From: an uncultured Mycoplasmatota bacterium
GTDB lineage: Bacteria > Bacillota_I > Bacilli_A > RF39 > UBA660
Assembly: GCA_900549625.1 (NCBI GenBank)
Contig: URPE01000001.1
Coordinates: 39,842 to 103,841 of the forward strand
Direction of reading: 5' to 3'
DNA length: 64,000 bases
The translations under genes were made by a program, and so were the position numbers. The notes under the pieces are model-generated. The model was not told where the DNA came from and searched no databases. It saw only the letters and a list, made by a program, of their open reading frames with translations. Below, piece by piece: positions 28,173 to 40,960 of this stretch; the stretch's first letter is position 1; each line of letters starts with the position of its first letter.

Positions 28173-31100
28173 ATGGCTTACAAATTAAAAAAATGTGGAG
28201 ATTATAGAACTCGTAGAAGTTTCTCCAAAAGTAAAAATACGATGGAACTACAGGATTTACTAGAAATCCAAAAGAAAAGTTACCAAGAGTTTTTAGAGAC
28301 TGGTATTCGTGAGGTATTTGATGAATTATTTCCAGTTGAAAGTTTTACAGGTAATGTTACTGTTGATTTTGGTGATTATTCTTTTGACAAGCCTAGATAT
28401 TCTGTAAAAGAAGCAAAAGAAAGAATGGTTAACTACGCTGCACCACTTAAGGTTGAAGCACGTGTATTTATTCATGAAACTGGAGAGGTCAAAGAACAAG
28501 AAATATTTCTAGGGGATATGCCTTTAATGACTGAGGCTGGTACATTTATTATAAATGGTGCAGAACGTGTTATTATTTCTCAATTAGTACGTAGTCCAAG
28601 TGTTTACTTTAAACGTGAGGTAGATAAAAATGGACGTCGTGTTATAAGTGGTGAGATGATTCCAAATCGTGGTACATGGCTTGAATTTGAAACTGATGCA
28701 AGAGATATTGTTTATGTTCGTATTGACAGAACAAGAAAAGTCCCTGTTACGACTTTCCTAAGAGCCCTTGGGTTATCTAGTAATGAAGAAATTGTTTCTT
28801 TATTTGGTGAGAACGATTATCTTTTAAATACATTTGAAAAAGATAATACTAAAAATACAGATGAAGCATTAATTGAAATATTTGAAAAATTGCGTCCAGG
28901 TGAACCAGCAACACTTGATTCTGCTAAAAACCAATTAATTATTCGTTTCTTCGATCATTTCCGTTATGACTTAGCTAAAGTTGGTCGTTACAAATTTAAT
29001 CGTAAATTAAATGTTTGTGAAAGACTAGTAGGTTGTACATTAGCAGAAGATATTAAAGATAGTGAAGGTAATGTAGTAGCGCCTGCAAATACTTTAGTTA
29101 CTAAAGAAGTTTTAGATAATATTAAACCTGCTATTGCTAGTGGATTTGGTGTTAAAAAAGTTTTGATTCATGAAGAGTTAGACCAATATAATGAAGTTCA
29201 AGAAATTAAAGTATTTGATAAAACTAATCCTGATAAAGTAGTACCTATTATTGGTGTTCTTGAAACAACGACTGAAAAAAGACTTACTATTCCAGATATT
29301 TATGCTTCAATTAACTATTACTTAGACCTACAATTAGGTATTGGTAATACTGATGAAATAGATAACTTAGGAAACCGTCGTGTTCGTCAAGTAGGGGAAT
29401 TAATTCAAAAACAATTCCAAGTAGGTATGAGCCGTATGGAAAGAGTTATTAGAGAAAGAATGACTACACAAGAAACAGAAGATATTACACCAAAATCTTT
29501 AATTAACATTCGTCCTGTTACTGCTGTTTTAAAAGAATTCTTTGGTAGTTCGCAATTATCGAAGTTCATGGATCAAATTAACCCAATAGCTGAACTAACT
29601 GATAAAAGACGTTTATCTTCTTTAGGACCTGGTGGTCTATCAAGAGACCGTGCTGGTATGGACGTTCGTGACGTCAATGCAAGCCACTACGGAAGACTTT
29701 GTCCAGTAGAAAGTCCAGAAGGTCAAAATATCGGTCTTATTACTTCACTTTCTGGTTATGCTAAAGTAAATGAATATGGCTTTATTATGACTCCTTACCG
29801 TCGTGTAGTTGCGGGTCAAGTTCAAATGGATGATGTTCATTACTTAACTGCTGATGAAGAAACCGATTATTATATTTCTGAGGCTAATATCAAACTAGAT
29901 GATGACAATCATATTATTGATGATGAGGTTATCGTGCGTTATAACGGCGACAACTTAATGGTTTCTAAAGATAAAGTTAACTTTGTTGACGTATCGCCAA
30001 GCCAAGTTGTATCAATAACAACAAGTTGTATTCCATTCTTAAACTACGATGACGTTCACAGAACACTTATGGGTTCAAATATGCAACGTCAAGCCGTACC
30101 TCTTTTACAAACTGAGGCACCTATCGTTGGTACTGGTGTTGAATGCGTAGCAGCTAAATATTCTGGTAGTACTATTCTTGCTAAAGCAGATGGTATCGTA
30201 GAATATGCTGATTCTAAAAAAATTATTGTTAAAACAGTTGGTGGTAAAGATACATATTATCTTGCTACATTTGAGGCTAACAACGCTGGAGCTTGTACAA
30301 ATCATATACCTTTAGTACATGCAGGTGATAAAGTAGCTAAAGACCAAGTTATTGCCGATGGCCCAAGTACCGATCATGGTGAACTTGCTCTTGGTAAAAA
30401 CATGACTGTTGCCTTCATGACTTATAATGGTTATAACTATGAAGATGCAGTAATATTAAATGAAAGACTAGTTAAAGATGATGCTTATACATCACTACAT
30501 ATTGCTATGTATGAAATTGAATGTCGTGATACTAAACTTGGACCTGAAGAAATAACTCGTGATATTCCAAATGTTGGTGAAGAAGCTCGTAAAAACCTAG
30601 ATTCATCTGGTATTGTAAGAATTGGTACCGAAGTTAAAGAAGGCGATATCCTAGTTGGTAAAGTTACACCAAAAGGTGTTCAAGAACTTACTAGTGAAGA
30701 AAAATTATTACATGCTATTTTCGGTGAAAAAACACGTGAAGTAAGAGATACATCATTAAAAGTAGAACATGGTGCTGCTGGTATCGTTCATGATGTTAAA
30801 GTCTATACTAAAGAAAATAGTGATGAATTACCTGCTGGTGTTTTCAAAATAATTCGTGTTTATATTATTCAAAAACGTAAAATCCAAGTTGGTGACAAAA
30901 TGAGTGGTCGTCATGGTAACAAAGGTGTTATTTCCCTAATCTTACCAGAAGAAGATATGCCATACTTACCAGATGGTCGTCCAGTTGATATCATGTTAAA
31001 CCCATTAGGTGTTCCATCTCGTATGAACATTGGTCAAATATTAGAAGTTCACTTAGGAATGGCTGGTAAAAAATTAGGCGTTCATTATGCAACTCCAGTA

Positions 31101-31817
31101 TTTGATGGTGCTAATATCGATGACATTCATGAAGAAATGGCTGAAGCTGGTATGAGTGAAGATGGAAAAGTAACTCTTATCAATGGTCGTACTGGTGAAC
31201 CTTTCGAAAACCGTGTTAACGTTGGTGTTATGTACATGGTAAAACTACATCACATGGTTGATGATAAATTACATGCTCGTGCTACTGGTCCTTACAGTTT
31301 AGTTACGCAACAACCTTTAGGTGGTAAAGCACAATTTGGTGGTCAACGTTTCGGTGAGATGGAAGTTTGGGCATTATATGCTTATGGTGCTGCTCATGTC
31401 TTACAAGAAATACTTACTATAAAATCTGATGACGTTATTGGTCGTGTTAAAGTATATGAAGCTTTAGTAAAAGGTAAAACTGTTAACCAAGCTGGTGTTC
31501 CTGAATCATTTAGAGTATTAATTAAAGAATTCCAAGCCTTAGGTCTAAATGTTCAAATAATTAACAATAAAGATGAAGTCTTAGATTTAAAAGAAATAGA
31601 AAAAGAAGAAGAAAAAGAAGATATTATTAAAATTGATGAAATAGATGTAACTCCTGAGATAAAAGAAACTGAGCCAGAAGAATTAAATGATGACTTAGAA
31701 GATGATTATTCTGATGGCGATGAAGAAGATGAGTTTGACTCTGATTCTTTAGATGATTTAGAATATCCTGGAGACACATTAGATGATGATTCTACTGATA
31801 GTTTAGGAGGTAAGTAA
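28173..31817 (+). CDS. rpoB: DNA-directed RNA polymerase subunit beta
   Basis: 1214 aa with conserved blocks ([53 protein letters not shown]). Acidic D/E-rich C-terminal tail. Confidence 0.98.
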   Translation: MAYKLKKCGDYRTRRSFSKSKNTMELQDLLEIQKKSYQEFLETGIREVFDELFPVESFTGNVTVDFGDYSFDKPRYSVKEAKERMVNYAAPLKVEARVFIHETGEVKEQEIFLGDMPLMTEAGTFIINGAERVIISQLVRSPSVYFKREVDKNGRRVISGEMIPNRGTWLEFETDARDIVYVRIDRTRKVPVTTFLRALGLSSNEEIVSLFGENDYLLNTFEKDNTKNTDEALIEIFEKLRPGEPATLDSAKNQLIIRFFDHFRYDLAKVGRYKFNRKLNVCERLVGCTLAEDIKDSEGNVVAPANTLVTKEVLDNIKPAIASGFGVKKVLIHEELDQYNEVQEIKVFDKTNPDKVVPIIGVLETTTEKRLTIPDIYASINYYLDLQLGIGNTDEIDNLGNRRVRQVGELIQKQFQVGMSRMERVIRERMTTQETEDITPKSLINIRPVTAVLKEFFGSSQLSKFMDQINPIAELTDKRRLSSLGPGGLSRDRAGMDVRDVNASHYGRLCPVESPEGQNIGLITSLSGYAKVNEYGFIMTPYRRVVAGQVQMDDVHYLTADEETDYYISEANIKLDDDNHIIDDEVIVRYNGDNLMVSKDKVNFVDVSPSQVVSITTSCIPFLNYDDVHRTLMGSNMQRQAVPLLQTEAPIVGTGVECVAAKYSGSTILAKADGIVEYADSKKIIVKTVGGKDTYYLATFEANNAGACTNHIPLVHAGDKVAKDQVIADGPSTDHGELALGKNMTVAFMTYNGYNYEDAVILNERLVKDDAYTSLHIAMYEIECRDTKLGPEEITRDIPNVGEEARKNLDSSGIVRIGTEVKEGDILVGKVTPKGVQELTSEEKLLHAIFGEKTREVRDTSLKVEHGAAGIVHDVKVYTKENSDELPAGVFKIIRVYIIQKRKIQVGDKMSGRHGNKGVISLILPEEDMPYLPDGRPVDIMLNPLGVPSRMNIGQILEVHLGMAGKKLGVHYATPVFDGANIDDIHEEMAEAGMSEDGKVTLINGRTGEPFENRVNVGVMYMVKLHHMVDDKLHARATGPYSLVTQQPLGGKAQFGGQRFGEMEVWALYAYGAAHVLQEILTIKSDDVIGRVKVYEALVKGKTVNQAGVPESFRVLIKEFQALGLNVQIINNKDEVLDLKEIEKEEEKEDIIKIDEIDVTPEIKETEPEELNDDLEDDYSDGDEEDEFDSDSLDDLEYPGDTLDDDSTDSLGGK

Positions 31818-31818
31818 T

Positions 31819-34800
31819 ATGATCGAAGTTAATAATTTTAAAGGAATTAAAGTAAGTCTTGCTAGTCCTGAACAAATTCGTTCTTGGTCTTACGGTGAGG
31901 TTAAAAAACCAGAAACCATCAACTATCGTACATTAAAACCTGAAAGAGATGGCTTATTCTGTGAAAAAATCTTTGGACCTACTAAAGACTATGAATGTTC
32001 TTGTGGAAAATACAAAAGATTACGTTATAAAAATGTTGTGTGTGATCGTTGTGGAGTAGAAGTTACAAAGTCTAAAGTACGTCGTGAACGTATGGGACAT
32101 ATTGAACTTGCTTCTCCTTGTTCTCACATCTGGTTCTTTAAAGGCGTACCATCAAAAATGGGTCTTGTTCTTGATATGAGTCCAAGAGACCTAGAAGAGG
32201 TTTTATACTTTGTAAGTTATGTTGTTTTAGATCCTGGTAGTGCACCTCTTGCTAAAAAACAAACTTTATCTGATAAAGAGTATCATGCATACTATGAAAA
32301 ATATGGTAATGCTTTCAAAGTTGGTATGGGTGCTGAAGCTATCCAAAAACTTCTAAAAGAAGTTGATATTGATAAAGAAGTAGAGGATTTAAGAGCTGAA
32401 CTTGAAGGCGCTACTGGTCAAAAACGTATTCGTTTAGTTAAAAGATTAGATTGTTTAGTATCATTCCAAGAAAGTGGCAATCGTCCTGAATGGATGATCT
32501 TAGAAGCTCTTCCTGTTATTCCACCAGATTTACGACCAATGATTCAACTTGATGGTGGTAGATTTGCTACAAGTGATTTAAATGACTTATATCGTCGTAT
32601 TATAAATCGTAATAATCGTTTAAAAAAATTATTAGAATTAGGGGCTCCAACTATCATTGTTCAAAATGAAAAACGTATGCTTCAAGAAGCTGTTGATAGT
32701 CTTCTTGATAACGGCCGAAGAGGAAGAAGCGTATCTGGAGCAGGCAATAGACCACTTAAGAGTTTATCTAGTATGTTAAAAGGTAAACAAGGTCGTTTCC
32801 GTCAAAACTTACTTGGTAAACGTGTTGACTATTCTGGTCGTAGTGTTATCGTTGTTGGACCAAACCTTAAAATGTATCAATGTGGTATTCCAAAAGATAT
32901 GGCTCTAGAACTATTTAAACCACATGTAATTCATGGTTTAGTAGAACGAGGCCTTGCTCATAATATTAAAGGTGCTAAAAAACTTATTGATACTAAAAAT
33001 GATTGCGTATGGGATGTAGTAGAAGATGTTATTACAGAGCATCCTGTTATGTTAAACCGTGCACCAACTCTACATAGACTAGGTATCCAAGCCTTTGAAC
33101 CTAAATTAGTTGGTGGTAAAGCTATTCGTTTACATCCACTTGTTTGTACTGGATTTAATGCCGACTTCGATGGTGACCAAATGGCTGTTCACGTTCCACT
33201 TTCAGAAGAAGCTCAAGCTGAAGCAAGAATACTAATGCTTGGTGCACAAAACATACTAAATCCAAAAGATGGAAAACCAATTGTTACACCATCACAAGAT
33301 ATGGTCCTTGGTAACTGCTATATTACTCAAGAAAAAGCTGGTGAACCACATGAAGGTAAGGTTTATAAAGACCCTAATGAGGTTCAAATGGCATATCAAA
33401 GAAAAGAGATTACTCTTCATACTCGTATTGCCTTACCAGTAAAATCTTTCAAACATAAATTATTTATGGAAAGCCATATGGATGATTACTTAGTAACTAC
33501 TTGTGGTAAAATTATTTTCAATGAAATATTACCAGATAGTTATCCATATGTTAATGAAGCTACAAAAGAAAACATTGAAGGTATGACACCAGATAAATAT
33601 TTCTTACCAATGGGTACTAATATCCCTGAAGCTATCAAAGCAATGCCTTTGGGAAAACCATTTGTTAAGAAAGACTTAAGTAAGATTATTGCTCAAGTAT
33701 TTAAACGTTATCATACAACTGAAACTAGTGTTTTCCTTGATAAATTAAAAGACTTAGGTTTCAAATATTCAACTATTGCCGGTATTACCGTATCAGCATC
33801 TGATATAGTAACTTCTAAAACAAAAGCCCAAGTTCTAGAAGAGAGTCAAGCCCTAGTTGAAAAAGTTAATAAACAATTTAAACGTGGTATGATTACTGAT
33901 GAAGAACGTTATAACACAGTTATTGATATCTGGAATAAAGCAAATGATAAAATCAAAGCTGAATTAAAAGAGTTAGCCGAAGGTGATTATGATAATCCAT
34001 TGTTTATGATGATGAACTCTGGAGCTCGTGGATCATTATCAAACTTCTCACAACTTGCTGGTATGCGTGGACTTATGGCTAAGCCAGATGGCTCTACTAT
34101 TGAAATTCCCGTTACCTCAAACTTTTCAGAAGGTCTTACAGTGTCTGAATTCTTCTTATCAAGTCATGGTTCTAGAAAAGGTAACGTTGATACCGCTCTT
34201 CGTACAGCAGACTCAGGTTACTTAACACGTCGTCTTGTTGAAGTTGTTCAAGATATCATCGTTAAAGAACATGATTGTGGTTCTATTCATGGTGTTGTTG
34301 TAAAAGACTTAATTAATGATAAAGATGGTAGTGTTATTGAATCACTTGCTGAACGAATTTTAGGTCGTTATACTGCTCAAAAAATTGTTAATCCAGAAAC
34401 TAAAGAAGTTATTGCTGAAAAAGGCGTATTAATCACTGAAAATATGGTTAAAAAAATAACTGAAGCTGGTATTAAAGCAGTTGAAATTAGAAGTGTCTTG
34501 ACATGTAAGGCAGAAAATGGTGTATGTCAAAAATGTTATGGTCGTAACCTTGCAACTGGAAATCTTGTTGAAACAGGTGAAGCAGTTGGTATTATGGCTG
34601 CCCAATCAATTGGTGAACCAGGTACACAGCTTACAATGCGTACATTCCACTCAGGTGGTGTAGCAGGAGATGACATTACTCAAGGTCTTCCACGTGTTGA
34701 AGAATTATTTGAAGCTCGTAATCCAAAAGGTAAAGCAACGATTTCTGAGGTTAGTGGTAAAGTTGCATCTATTAAAGAAGAAAATGGCAAATATCGTATT

Positions 34801-35526
34801 GTTGTTGAAACAGAAGCTGAAGCTCGTGAACATGTTACTAATTACAACATGAAACTACGTGTTGCAGTTGGTGATATGGTAAATGCTGGTGACAAGTTAA
34901 CTGAAGGTGTTATTTCACCAAAAGAATTACTTGCTGTAACTGACCCAATCACGGCTCAAGAATACATCTTAAAAGAAATTCAAATGGTTTACAAATTACA
35001 AGGTGTTGACGTTAATGATAAACACATTGAAATTATTGTTAAACGTATGATTAATAAAGTACGTATTGTTGATGCTGGTGATACTGACTTAGTAGAAGGT
35101 TTAAGCGTATCATTAAAAGAATTTACAGACGCTAATAAACCAGTTATCTTAGCCGGTAAAGTTCCTGCTAAAGGTAGACCAATTATGCTTGGTATTACTA
35201 AGAGTTCATTACAAACTGATTCATTCTTATCAGCAGCCTCATTCCAAGAGACTACTAGAGTTCTTACTGATGCCTCTATTAAAGGTTCAGTTGACTACTT
35301 AAGAGGATTAAAAGAAAATGTTATCATTGGTAAATTAATACCTGCTGGTACTGGTGCTCGTGAATATAGTGACATTGAACTTGAATTAAAAAAACAATTC
35401 ATGGATGATGATGCTAGTGAGGTTTTAGAAGAAACTTTAATGGACACAACTGGTGATGATGATAGTGTTGAAGGTATTAATGAAGCACTTGATGATTTAG
35501 AAAATGAAGAAAATACGGAAGAATAA
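31819..35526 (+). CDS. rpoC: DNA-directed RNA polymerase subunit beta'
   Basis: Zn finger CSCGKY..CDRCG and catalytic [12 protein letters not shown]. 1235 aa. Confidence 0.98.
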   Translation: MIEVNNFKGIKVSLASPEQIRSWSYGEVKKPETINYRTLKPERDGLFCEKIFGPTKDYECSCGKYKRLRYKNVVCDRCGVEVTKSKVRRERMGHIELASPCSHIWFFKGVPSKMGLVLDMSPRDLEEVLYFVSYVVLDPGSAPLAKKQTLSDKEYHAYYEKYGNAFKVGMGAEAIQKLLKEVDIDKEVEDLRAELEGATGQKRIRLVKRLDCLVSFQESGNRPEWMILEALPVIPPDLRPMIQLDGGRFATSDLNDLYRRIINRNNRLKKLLELGAPTIIVQNEKRMLQEAVDSLLDNGRRGRSVSGAGNRPLKSLSSMLKGKQGRFRQNLLGKRVDYSGRSVIVVGPNLKMYQCGIPKDMALELFKPHVIHGLVERGLAHNIKGAKKLIDTKNDCVWDVVEDVITEHPVMLNRAPTLHRLGIQAFEPKLVGGKAIRLHPLVCTGFNADFDGDQMAVHVPLSEEAQAEARILMLGAQNILNPKDGKPIVTPSQDMVLGNCYITQEKAGEPHEGKVYKDPNEVQMAYQRKEITLHTRIALPVKSFKHKLFMESHMDDYLVTTCGKIIFNEILPDSYPYVNEATKENIEGMTPDKYFLPMGTNIPEAIKAMPLGKPFVKKDLSKIIAQVFKRYHTTETSVFLDKLKDLGFKYSTIAGITVSASDIVTSKTKAQVLEESQALVEKVNKQFKRGMITDEERYNTVIDIWNKANDKIKAELKELAEGDYDNPLFMMMNSGARGSLSNFSQLAGMRGLMAKPDGSTIEIPVTSNFSEGLTVSEFFLSSHGSRKGNVDTALRTADSGYLTRRLVEVVQDIIVKEHDCGSIHGVVVKDLINDKDGSVIESLAERILGRYTAQKIVNPETKEVIAEKGVLITENMVKKITEAGIKAVEIRSVLTCKAENGVCQKCYGRNLATGNLVETGEAVGIMAAQSIGEPGTQLTMRTFHSGGVAGDDITQGLPRVEELFEARNPKGKATISEVSGKVASIKEENGKYRIVVETEAEAREHVTNYNMKLRVAVGDMVNAGDKLTEGVISPKELLAVTDPITAQEYILKEIQMVYKLQGVDVNDKHIEIIVKRMINKVRIVDAGDTDLVEGLSVSLKEFTDANKPVILAGKVPAKGRPIMLGITKSSLQTDSFLSAASFQETTRVLTDASIKGSVDYLRGLKENVIIGKLIPAGTGAREYSDIELELKKQFMDDDASEVLEETLMDTTGDDDSVEGINEALDDLENEENTEE

Positions 35527-35538
35527 CCGTATTTTTTC

Positions 35539-35695
35539 TTGCATTAACACATATTTTTTTCTATAATATAAGCATACAAGCGAAGATGGCGTGGAAAACC
35601 GGAGCTATATAAAAAAAGTGATTCTTCTAGAATAACTAGGGTGGAACCGCGGAGTATATCTTCGTCCCTTATTATTTTAGAAGAATTTTATTATT
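35539..35695 (+). promoter_or_regulatory. promoter plus compact T-box leader (Gly specifier) for glyQS
   Basis: TTGCAT-17 nt-TATAAT (35539-35567). GGC at 35588-35590. T-box AACTAGGGTGGAACCGCGG (35634-35652). The terminator pairs ATTCTTCTAGAATAA with TTATTTTAGAAGAAT and is followed by a T-rich run. Confidence 0.75.
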
Positions 35696-35711
35696 TGAAA
35701 GGGTGATATTT

Positions 35712-37085
35712 ATGAAAATTACAATGGAAGAGCTAGTAAACTATTGTAAACAATACGGTTTTATTTTTCAAGGTAGTGAAATCTATGGTGGGCTTTCTAA
35801 TACATGGGATTATGGTTCACTAGGAGTTGAACTTAAAAATAATGTAAGAAAAGCTTGGTGGAAAAAATTTATTCAAGAAAATCCTTACAATTATGGCCTT
35901 GATGCAGCGATTCTTATGAATCCTGAGGTTTGGGTAGCAAGTGGGCATGTAGCGTCTTTTGCTGACCCTTTAATTGATTGTAAAAAATGTAAAAGTCGTC
36001 ATCGTGCTGATAAATTAATAGAAGAATTTACAAATGGTGAAGAAACTGGTGATGGATGGGAAAATGAAAAACTAGAAAATTTTATTTGCGACAATCATGT
36101 TCCATGTCCTAAATGTGGTGCATGTGATTTTACACCAATAAGAAAATTTAATCTTTTATTTGAAACACATCAAGGTGTTACGGAAGACACTAAAAGCAAA
36201 GTTTATTTACGTGGCGAAACTGCCCAAGGAATATTTGTTAATTTCCTAAATGTTCAAAGAAGCATGCGTGCTAAAGTTCCTTTTGGAATAGGGCAAACTG
36301 GTAAAAGTTTTAGAAATGAAATAACACCAGGTAACTTCACTTTTAGAACTCGTGAATTTGAACAAATGGAATTAGAATTTTTTTGTAAGCCTGGTACTGA
36401 TTTAGAGTGGTTTAATTTCTGGAAAAAAACATGTCTTACTTTCCTAAAGGATATAGGCATTAATGATGATAATCTTCGTTATCGTGATCATGAAAAAGAA
36501 GAACTATCTTTTTATAGTGCAGCTACCACTGATATTGAATACAAGTATCCAATGGGTTGGGGTGAATTATGGGGTGTTGCTGATAGAACTAATTATGATT
36601 TATCTACGCATATAGAGCATTCAAAAACTGATTTATCATATCTAGATCCTGAAACTAATGAAAAATATATTCCGTATGTAATCGAGCCATCTGTAGGCCT
36701 TGATAGATTAGTATTAGCAGTGTTATGTGATGCATATCATAAAGAAATGCTTGATAATGATGAAAGATTAGTATTAAAGATTCATCCAGCCCTAGCGCCT
36801 TATAAAGTTACTATCTTACCTCTTATGAAAAAAATCCATGCCCAAAGAGCAATGGAAATTTATGGTGACTTAGCAAATGAATTTATGTGTGGCTATGACG
36901 AATCAGGTAGTATTGGTAAAAGATATCGAAGAAGTGATGCCGTAGGTACACCATTTGCCATAACGGTTGATGATGAAACGTTAAATAATAATATTGTAAC
37001 TGTTCGTGATCGTGACACAATGGAACAAATCAAATTACCAGTAAGTGAATTAAAAAGTTATATTGCAAAAAAAATCAAATTTTAA
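35712..37085 (+). CDS. glyQS: glycine--tRNA ligase (homodimeric GlyQS type)
   Basis: [28 protein letters not shown].. N-terminus, class II motifs ([29 protein letters not shown]) and an anticodon-binding C-terminus. Confidence 0.95.
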   Translation: MKITMEELVNYCKQYGFIFQGSEIYGGLSNTWDYGSLGVELKNNVRKAWWKKFIQENPYNYGLDAAILMNPEVWVASGHVASFADPLIDCKKCKSRHRADKLIEEFTNGEETGDGWENEKLENFICDNHVPCPKCGACDFTPIRKFNLLFETHQGVTEDTKSKVYLRGETAQGIFVNFLNVQRSMRAKVPFGIGQTGKSFRNEITPGNFTFRTREFEQMELEFFCKPGTDLEWFNFWKKTCLTFLKDIGINDDNLRYRDHEKEELSFYSAATTDIEYKYPMGWGELWGVADRTNYDLSTHIEHSKTDLSYLDPETNEKYIPYVIEPSVGLDRLVLAVLCDAYHKEMLDNDERLVLKIHPALAPYKVTILPLMKKIHAQRAMEIYGDLANEFMCGYDESGSIGKRYRRSDAVGTPFAITVDDETLNNNIVTVRDRDTMEQIKLPVSELKSYIAKKIKF

Positions 37086-37272
37086 TTGATAACATGTAAC
37101 TACTAAATATAACTAGCAAAATAAAATCAGTTATAATGTGTGTACGAGATTGTCTTAATAAATAGTCAATCTCTTTTTATATTAAAAAAAGCAACGATTA
37201 GATCCAAAAATCTTATAGACTAAATAATTATTTTATGTTATTCTATTATCATAGAATAGAGGGAGTGAGATA

Positions 37273-37821
37273 ATGAAAAAGGTTATCAATCAATTTAAAG
37301 GGTTATCTAAAAAAAAGCAGGCTATTTTATCAGCAATATTATGTATTATAATTATTATGTTAGCTATTTTAATTTCATTTTTGTTTTTTAAGCCAGAGTC
37401 AAAAGGAAATAATGGTACCGATCAATCAAACAATGTCGTTGAAAACAAAGTAAGTACTGATGAAGCTACAGAAATGTATAACAATGTTACTAAAGATTGC
37501 AGTGGTGCGTTAGTATTTGATTTAAAAGAAGGCGATAAAGTTGATATAGAAAATATTAATGATTATTCAAGTGCTTGTAAAACTAATGATTATTATTCTA
37601 AGATGATAGGCTATACCTATGATAAAGATGGTCATGTTATTATTCATGTTAATGTTTTAAAAAAGGTAGATAATAAACTATTTGATTTAAATGATAATGA
37701 AGTTGCTCCATTTAGTGAAGATACTGTAAAAGAATCATTAAATAAAGGTACTACTTATGAGTACGTTTATAAAGAAGAAAATGATAGTTATCGTTTAATA
37801 GAAGTTAAACTTATGAAATAA
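37273..37821 (+). CDS. signal-anchored hypothetical protein
   Basis: SD GGGAG. One N-terminal TM, then a ~135-aa extracytoplasmic domain with two Cys. Confidence 0.5.
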   Translation: MKKVINQFKGLSKKKQAILSAILCIIIIMLAILISFLFFKPESKGNNGTDQSNNVVENKVSTDEATEMYNNVTKDCSGALVFDLKEGDKVDIENINDYSSACKTNDYYSKMIGYTYDKDGHVIIHVNVLKKVDNKLFDLNDNEVAPFSEDTVKESLNKGTTYEYVYKEENDSYRLIEVKLMK

Positions 37822-37891
37822 GATAATGTAATATAAAAAAAATAAAAGATTCTTGCCTTTTCAGACTAAAGCATTTTATCTTTTAAAACAA

Positions 37892-37925
37892 ACCTTCGTG
37901 TGGTAAAATAATCACGGAGGTTTTT
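37892..37925 (+). promoter_or_regulatory. terminator-like hairpin that contains the sufC Shine-Dalgarno sequence
   Basis: ACCTTCGTG-12 nt loop-CACGGAGGT followed by TTTT. The GGAGG in the 3' arm lies 8 nt upstream of the sufC ATG (37929). Confidence 0.5.
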
Positions 37926-37928
37926 CTT

Positions 37929-38690
37929 ATGTTAAAAATTAATAATCTTACTGTTGTAAGTGATAATAAAACAATATTAAAAGATTTAAATATCGAATTT
38001 GCAAGTGGCGAGACTCACGTTATCATGGGCCCTAATGGTGCGGGCAAAAGTACTATTTGTAAAGCCCTAATGCATCATCCTAGTTACCAGATCACCAAAG
38101 GTAGCATTATCTTTAATGGCGAAGACATTACTAACCTATCTACCTCAGAAATTGCTAAAAAAGGTATATATGTGATTAGCCAAAGTCCCGTTGAGATAGA
38201 AGGCATAACTAATGCTGAGATGTTAAGAACTAGTTTACTTGATGCTGGTAAAAACATGGATATATTTGCCTTTAATAAAAAATGTACTCAAGTATGTGCA
38301 AAATTAAATTTACCCAAATCGTTTTTACACCGTAATATTAACGAAGGTATGAGTGGTGGTGAAAGAAAGAAAAACGAATTATTTGGTATGTGGATCTTAG
38401 AGCCTAGTTTAGTTATTTTTGACGAGATTGATTCAGGTCTTGATGTTGATGCTTTGAAAATCGTTGGTGAAAATATAATTGAATATCAAAAAGAATATAA
38501 TGCAACAATAATTGTTATTACCCATCAAGAAAAACTAATAGAACTTTTAAACCCTAATCATGTAGCTATTATAAGTGATGGTAAAGTTGTTAAAGAAGGT
38601 AACTCTGCTTTAGCAAGAACAGTCTTAAAAAATGGTTTTGGCACTATTCTTGGGACAGATAAACTATCTGGAGATGAAAATAATGCATAA
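37929..38690 (+). CDS. sufC: Fe-S cluster assembly ATPase SufC
   Basis: Walker A GPNGAGKST, signature MSGGERKK, Walker B IFDEIDSGLD and H-loop ITH. Confidence 0.9.
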   Translation: MLKINNLTVVSDNKTILKDLNIEFASGETHVIMGPNGAGKSTICKALMHHPSYQITKGSIIFNGEDITNLSTSEIAKKGIYVISQSPVEIEGITNAEMLRTSLLDAGKNMDIFAFNKKCTQVCAKLNLPKSFLHRNINEGMSGGERKKNELFGMWILEPSLVIFDEIDSGLDVDALKIVGENIIEYQKEYNATIIVITHQEKLIELLNPNHVAIISDGKVVKEGNSALARTVLKNGFGTILGTDKLSGDENNA

Positions 38691-39318
38691 AATACTAATG
38701 AGCACGAACTCTAGTGATACCCTAAAAATATATGATGATGTATTGATCATTGTTGATAAAGACACTAGTATAAATGAAATGGTTATAAGTGATAACTCGG
38801 TGGCCACTATCATTATAAAAGAAGGATGTAATTTAAATATTACATCTACCATTTATCTAAAAGGTATTAATAGTAAAATCCAAATTATTAATGAGAATAA
38901 AAGCAAGTTAAAAGCCCATATCGGTATATCTGGTTCAAAAAAAAATAACATTCATATCGAAAATATTTTAAGAGGTAGTGATATAACTAGTGAAATTAAG
39001 GTAAGAGTAATAAGCGAACCTAATAGTTATACCTATTTAAAAACAGTTGGTATTTTAGAGAATGGTTATACTAATAATGAATTTCTAGAAGATATAAAAT
39101 ATTTAAATGAATATCCAGGCCAAATTGTTTGCTTACCAGAACTTTTAGTTGCGAGTGATGACGTTTGCGCAAACCATAATATGACTTGTGCATCTTTTGA
39201 TACCGAAATGCTTTTTTACTTAGAATCACGAGGACTAACTAAGAGTCGTGCTAAAGAACTTATGCGTGATAGTTTCCTAAAATTTGGTAAAAGAAAGGAG
39301 GGTATTATATGCGATTAG
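38683..39318 (+). CDS. short SufD/SufB-family protein (C-terminal beta-helix part only, about 211 aa)
   Basis: PELLVASDDVCANHNMTCASFDTEMLFYLESRGLTKSRAKELM matches the conserved SufB/D C-terminal block. ATG 38683 overlaps the sufC stop. Confidence 0.65.
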   Translation: MHKILMSTNSSDTLKIYDDVLIIVDKDTSINEMVISDNSVATIIIKEGCNLNITSTIYLKGINSKIQIINENKSKLKAHIGISGSKKNNIHIENILRGSDITSEIKVRVISEPNSYTYLKTVGILENGYTNNEFLEDIKYLNEYPGQIVCLPELLVASDDVCANHNMTCASFDTEMLFYLESRGLTKSRAKELMRDSFLKFGKRKEGIICD

Positions 39319-40505
39319 AAGACTTTCCCATTATGAAACAAGATATTATTTATTTAGATAATGGGGCTACAACATTAAAGCCACAATGTGTGATTGATAA
39401 GTTAACTGATTATTACAGTAATTACTCTGCTAATGCTCATCGTGGTGACTATGATATTTCTTATAAAGTAGATAAAGAATATGAGAATACAAGAGAATTA
39501 GTAAGAAAATTTATTAATGCTAAATACAAAGAAGAAATAATATTTACAAGTGGGGCAACTGAAAGTCTAAATATTATTGCTACTTCATTTTTTAAAAAAT
39601 ATTTAGAACCAGGCGATGAAATACTTATTACCAAAAGTGAACATGCAAGTAATGTCTTACCTTGGTTTAGATTAGAAACAGAAATAGGGGTTAAAGTAAA
39701 GTATATTCCTCTTGATAATAACCACTATGTCACTTTAGAAAATGTTAAAAAGAGTGTTACACCAAAAACGCGTCTTATCGCTTTAGCTGGCATTACAAAT
39801 GTTTTAGGCGATGAAAGACCTATCAAAGAAATAACCAAGTTTGCCCATGAAAATAATATATTCGTTGTATTAGATGGTGCTCAAAGTGTACCCCATAGGA
39901 AAACTGATACCCAAGATTTGGATATTGATTTTCTAGCATTCTCAGCTCACAAAATGTGTGGACCAACTGGGGTCGGGGTCTTATATGGTAAAAAAGAATT
40001 GCTAGAAAGCATGGATGCCTATAACTTGGGTGGTGGCATGAATGAATCTTTTGATAGCCCACAGACGGTTTACTTAAAAGACTTACCAACCCGTTTTGAA
40101 GCGGGAACACCTAATATTGCTGGAGTCATTGGTTTTGGTAAGGCAATTGAATACCTAGAGAGCATCGGTATGGAAAACATTGCTACTTATGAAAGAGAAC
40201 TAAGAGAATATGCAATAGAAAAACTAATTAAGATTCCTCATTTAGATATTTTAAATATTGAGTCTGATAGTGGGATAATTTCCTTTAATGTCGATGGTAT
40301 CTTTAGTCAAGATGTTGCCTATTACTTAAACAAATATAAAATATGTGTGAGAGCAGGTAACCATTGTGCCAAAATTTTAAAAGATGAAGTCGGTGTTAAA
40401 AACAGCTTACGTGTTAGTTTATATTTTTATAACACTAAAGAAGACATTGATGCATTAGTAGAACTTTTAAGTGATATAGATAAAATTAGAAAAGAGATGT
40501 TATAA
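39309..40505 (+). CDS. sufS: cysteine desulfurase SufS
   Basis: IYLDNGATTLKP, PLP-Lys SAHKMCGPTGVG, and active-site loop RAGNHCA. Confidence 0.9.
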   Translation: MRLEDFPIMKQDIIYLDNGATTLKPQCVIDKLTDYYSNYSANAHRGDYDISYKVDKEYENTRELVRKFINAKYKEEIIFTSGATESLNIIATSFFKKYLEPGDEILITKSEHASNVLPWFRLETEIGVKVKYIPLDNNHYVTLENVKKSVTPKTRLIALAGITNVLGDERPIKEITKFAHENNIFVVLDGAQSVPHRKTDTQDLDIDFLAFSAHKMCGPTGVGVLYGKKELLESMDAYNLGGGMNESFDSPQTVYLKDLPTRFEAGTPNIAGVIGFGKAIEYLESIGMENIATYERELREYAIEKLIKIPHLDILNIESDSGIISFNVDGIFSQDVAYYLNKYKICVRAGNHCAKILKDEVGVKNSLRVSLYFYNTKEDIDALVELLSDIDKIRKEML

Positions 40506-40930
40506 TGAACGAAGAAACTAAAAGAGCAATAATAATGGAACACTATATGCACCCATTAAATAAAATCGATGCTTTAAAAGAAGGCTATGAAACAGTTAAT
40601 ACATCTAATGCTTCTTGTATTGATAACTTAAATATTTATGTTGATATAAAAGATGACATAATAAAAGACATTTACTTTAATGGGGAAGTCTGTGCAATAA
40701 GTACATCATCAACTTCAATCTTAATTAAAAATCTTATTGGAAAAAATATTAAAGAAGCATTAGAATATATTAATAACTTTGAGAATATGATAAATGAAAA
40801 AGAATATGATGAAAATGTCCTTAATGAAGCTCTTGCTTATAACGAAATATATAAACAAGGTAATCGTAAAGGATGTGCTTATTTACCATACAGGGGTATT
40901 AAGAGTATTTTAGAAAGTCATTTAAAATAA
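40505..40930 (+). CDS. sufU: Fe-S cluster scaffold / sulfur acceptor SufU (IscU-like)
   Basis: NASCIDNLNIYV..., GEVCAISTSSTS and C-terminal GCAYLP, i.e. the three Cys motifs typical of SufU. Confidence 0.85.
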   Translation: MNEETKRAIIMEHYMHPLNKIDALKEGYETVNTSNASCIDNLNIYVDIKDDIIKDIYFNGEVCAISTSSTSILIKNLIGKNIKEALEYINNFENMINEKEYDENVLNEALAYNEIYKQGNRKGCAYLPYRGIKSILESHLK

Positions 40931-40960
40931 TAAGAACACATATATTGTAATGGTGATAAT

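Noticed and set aside
34028-34852. Two alternative-frame plus-strand ORFs (34028-34225, 34670-34852) inside rpoC, and similar short antisense ORFs inside rpoB, tkt (47782-48198), ruvA (12378-12689), ezrA, the 2566-3798 zinc-ribbon gene (antisense ORF 2478-2885) and others
   Set aside because: All are embedded in long conserved genes, lack SDs and have low-complexity or improbable compositions. They are typical spurious ORFs of AT-rich genomes.
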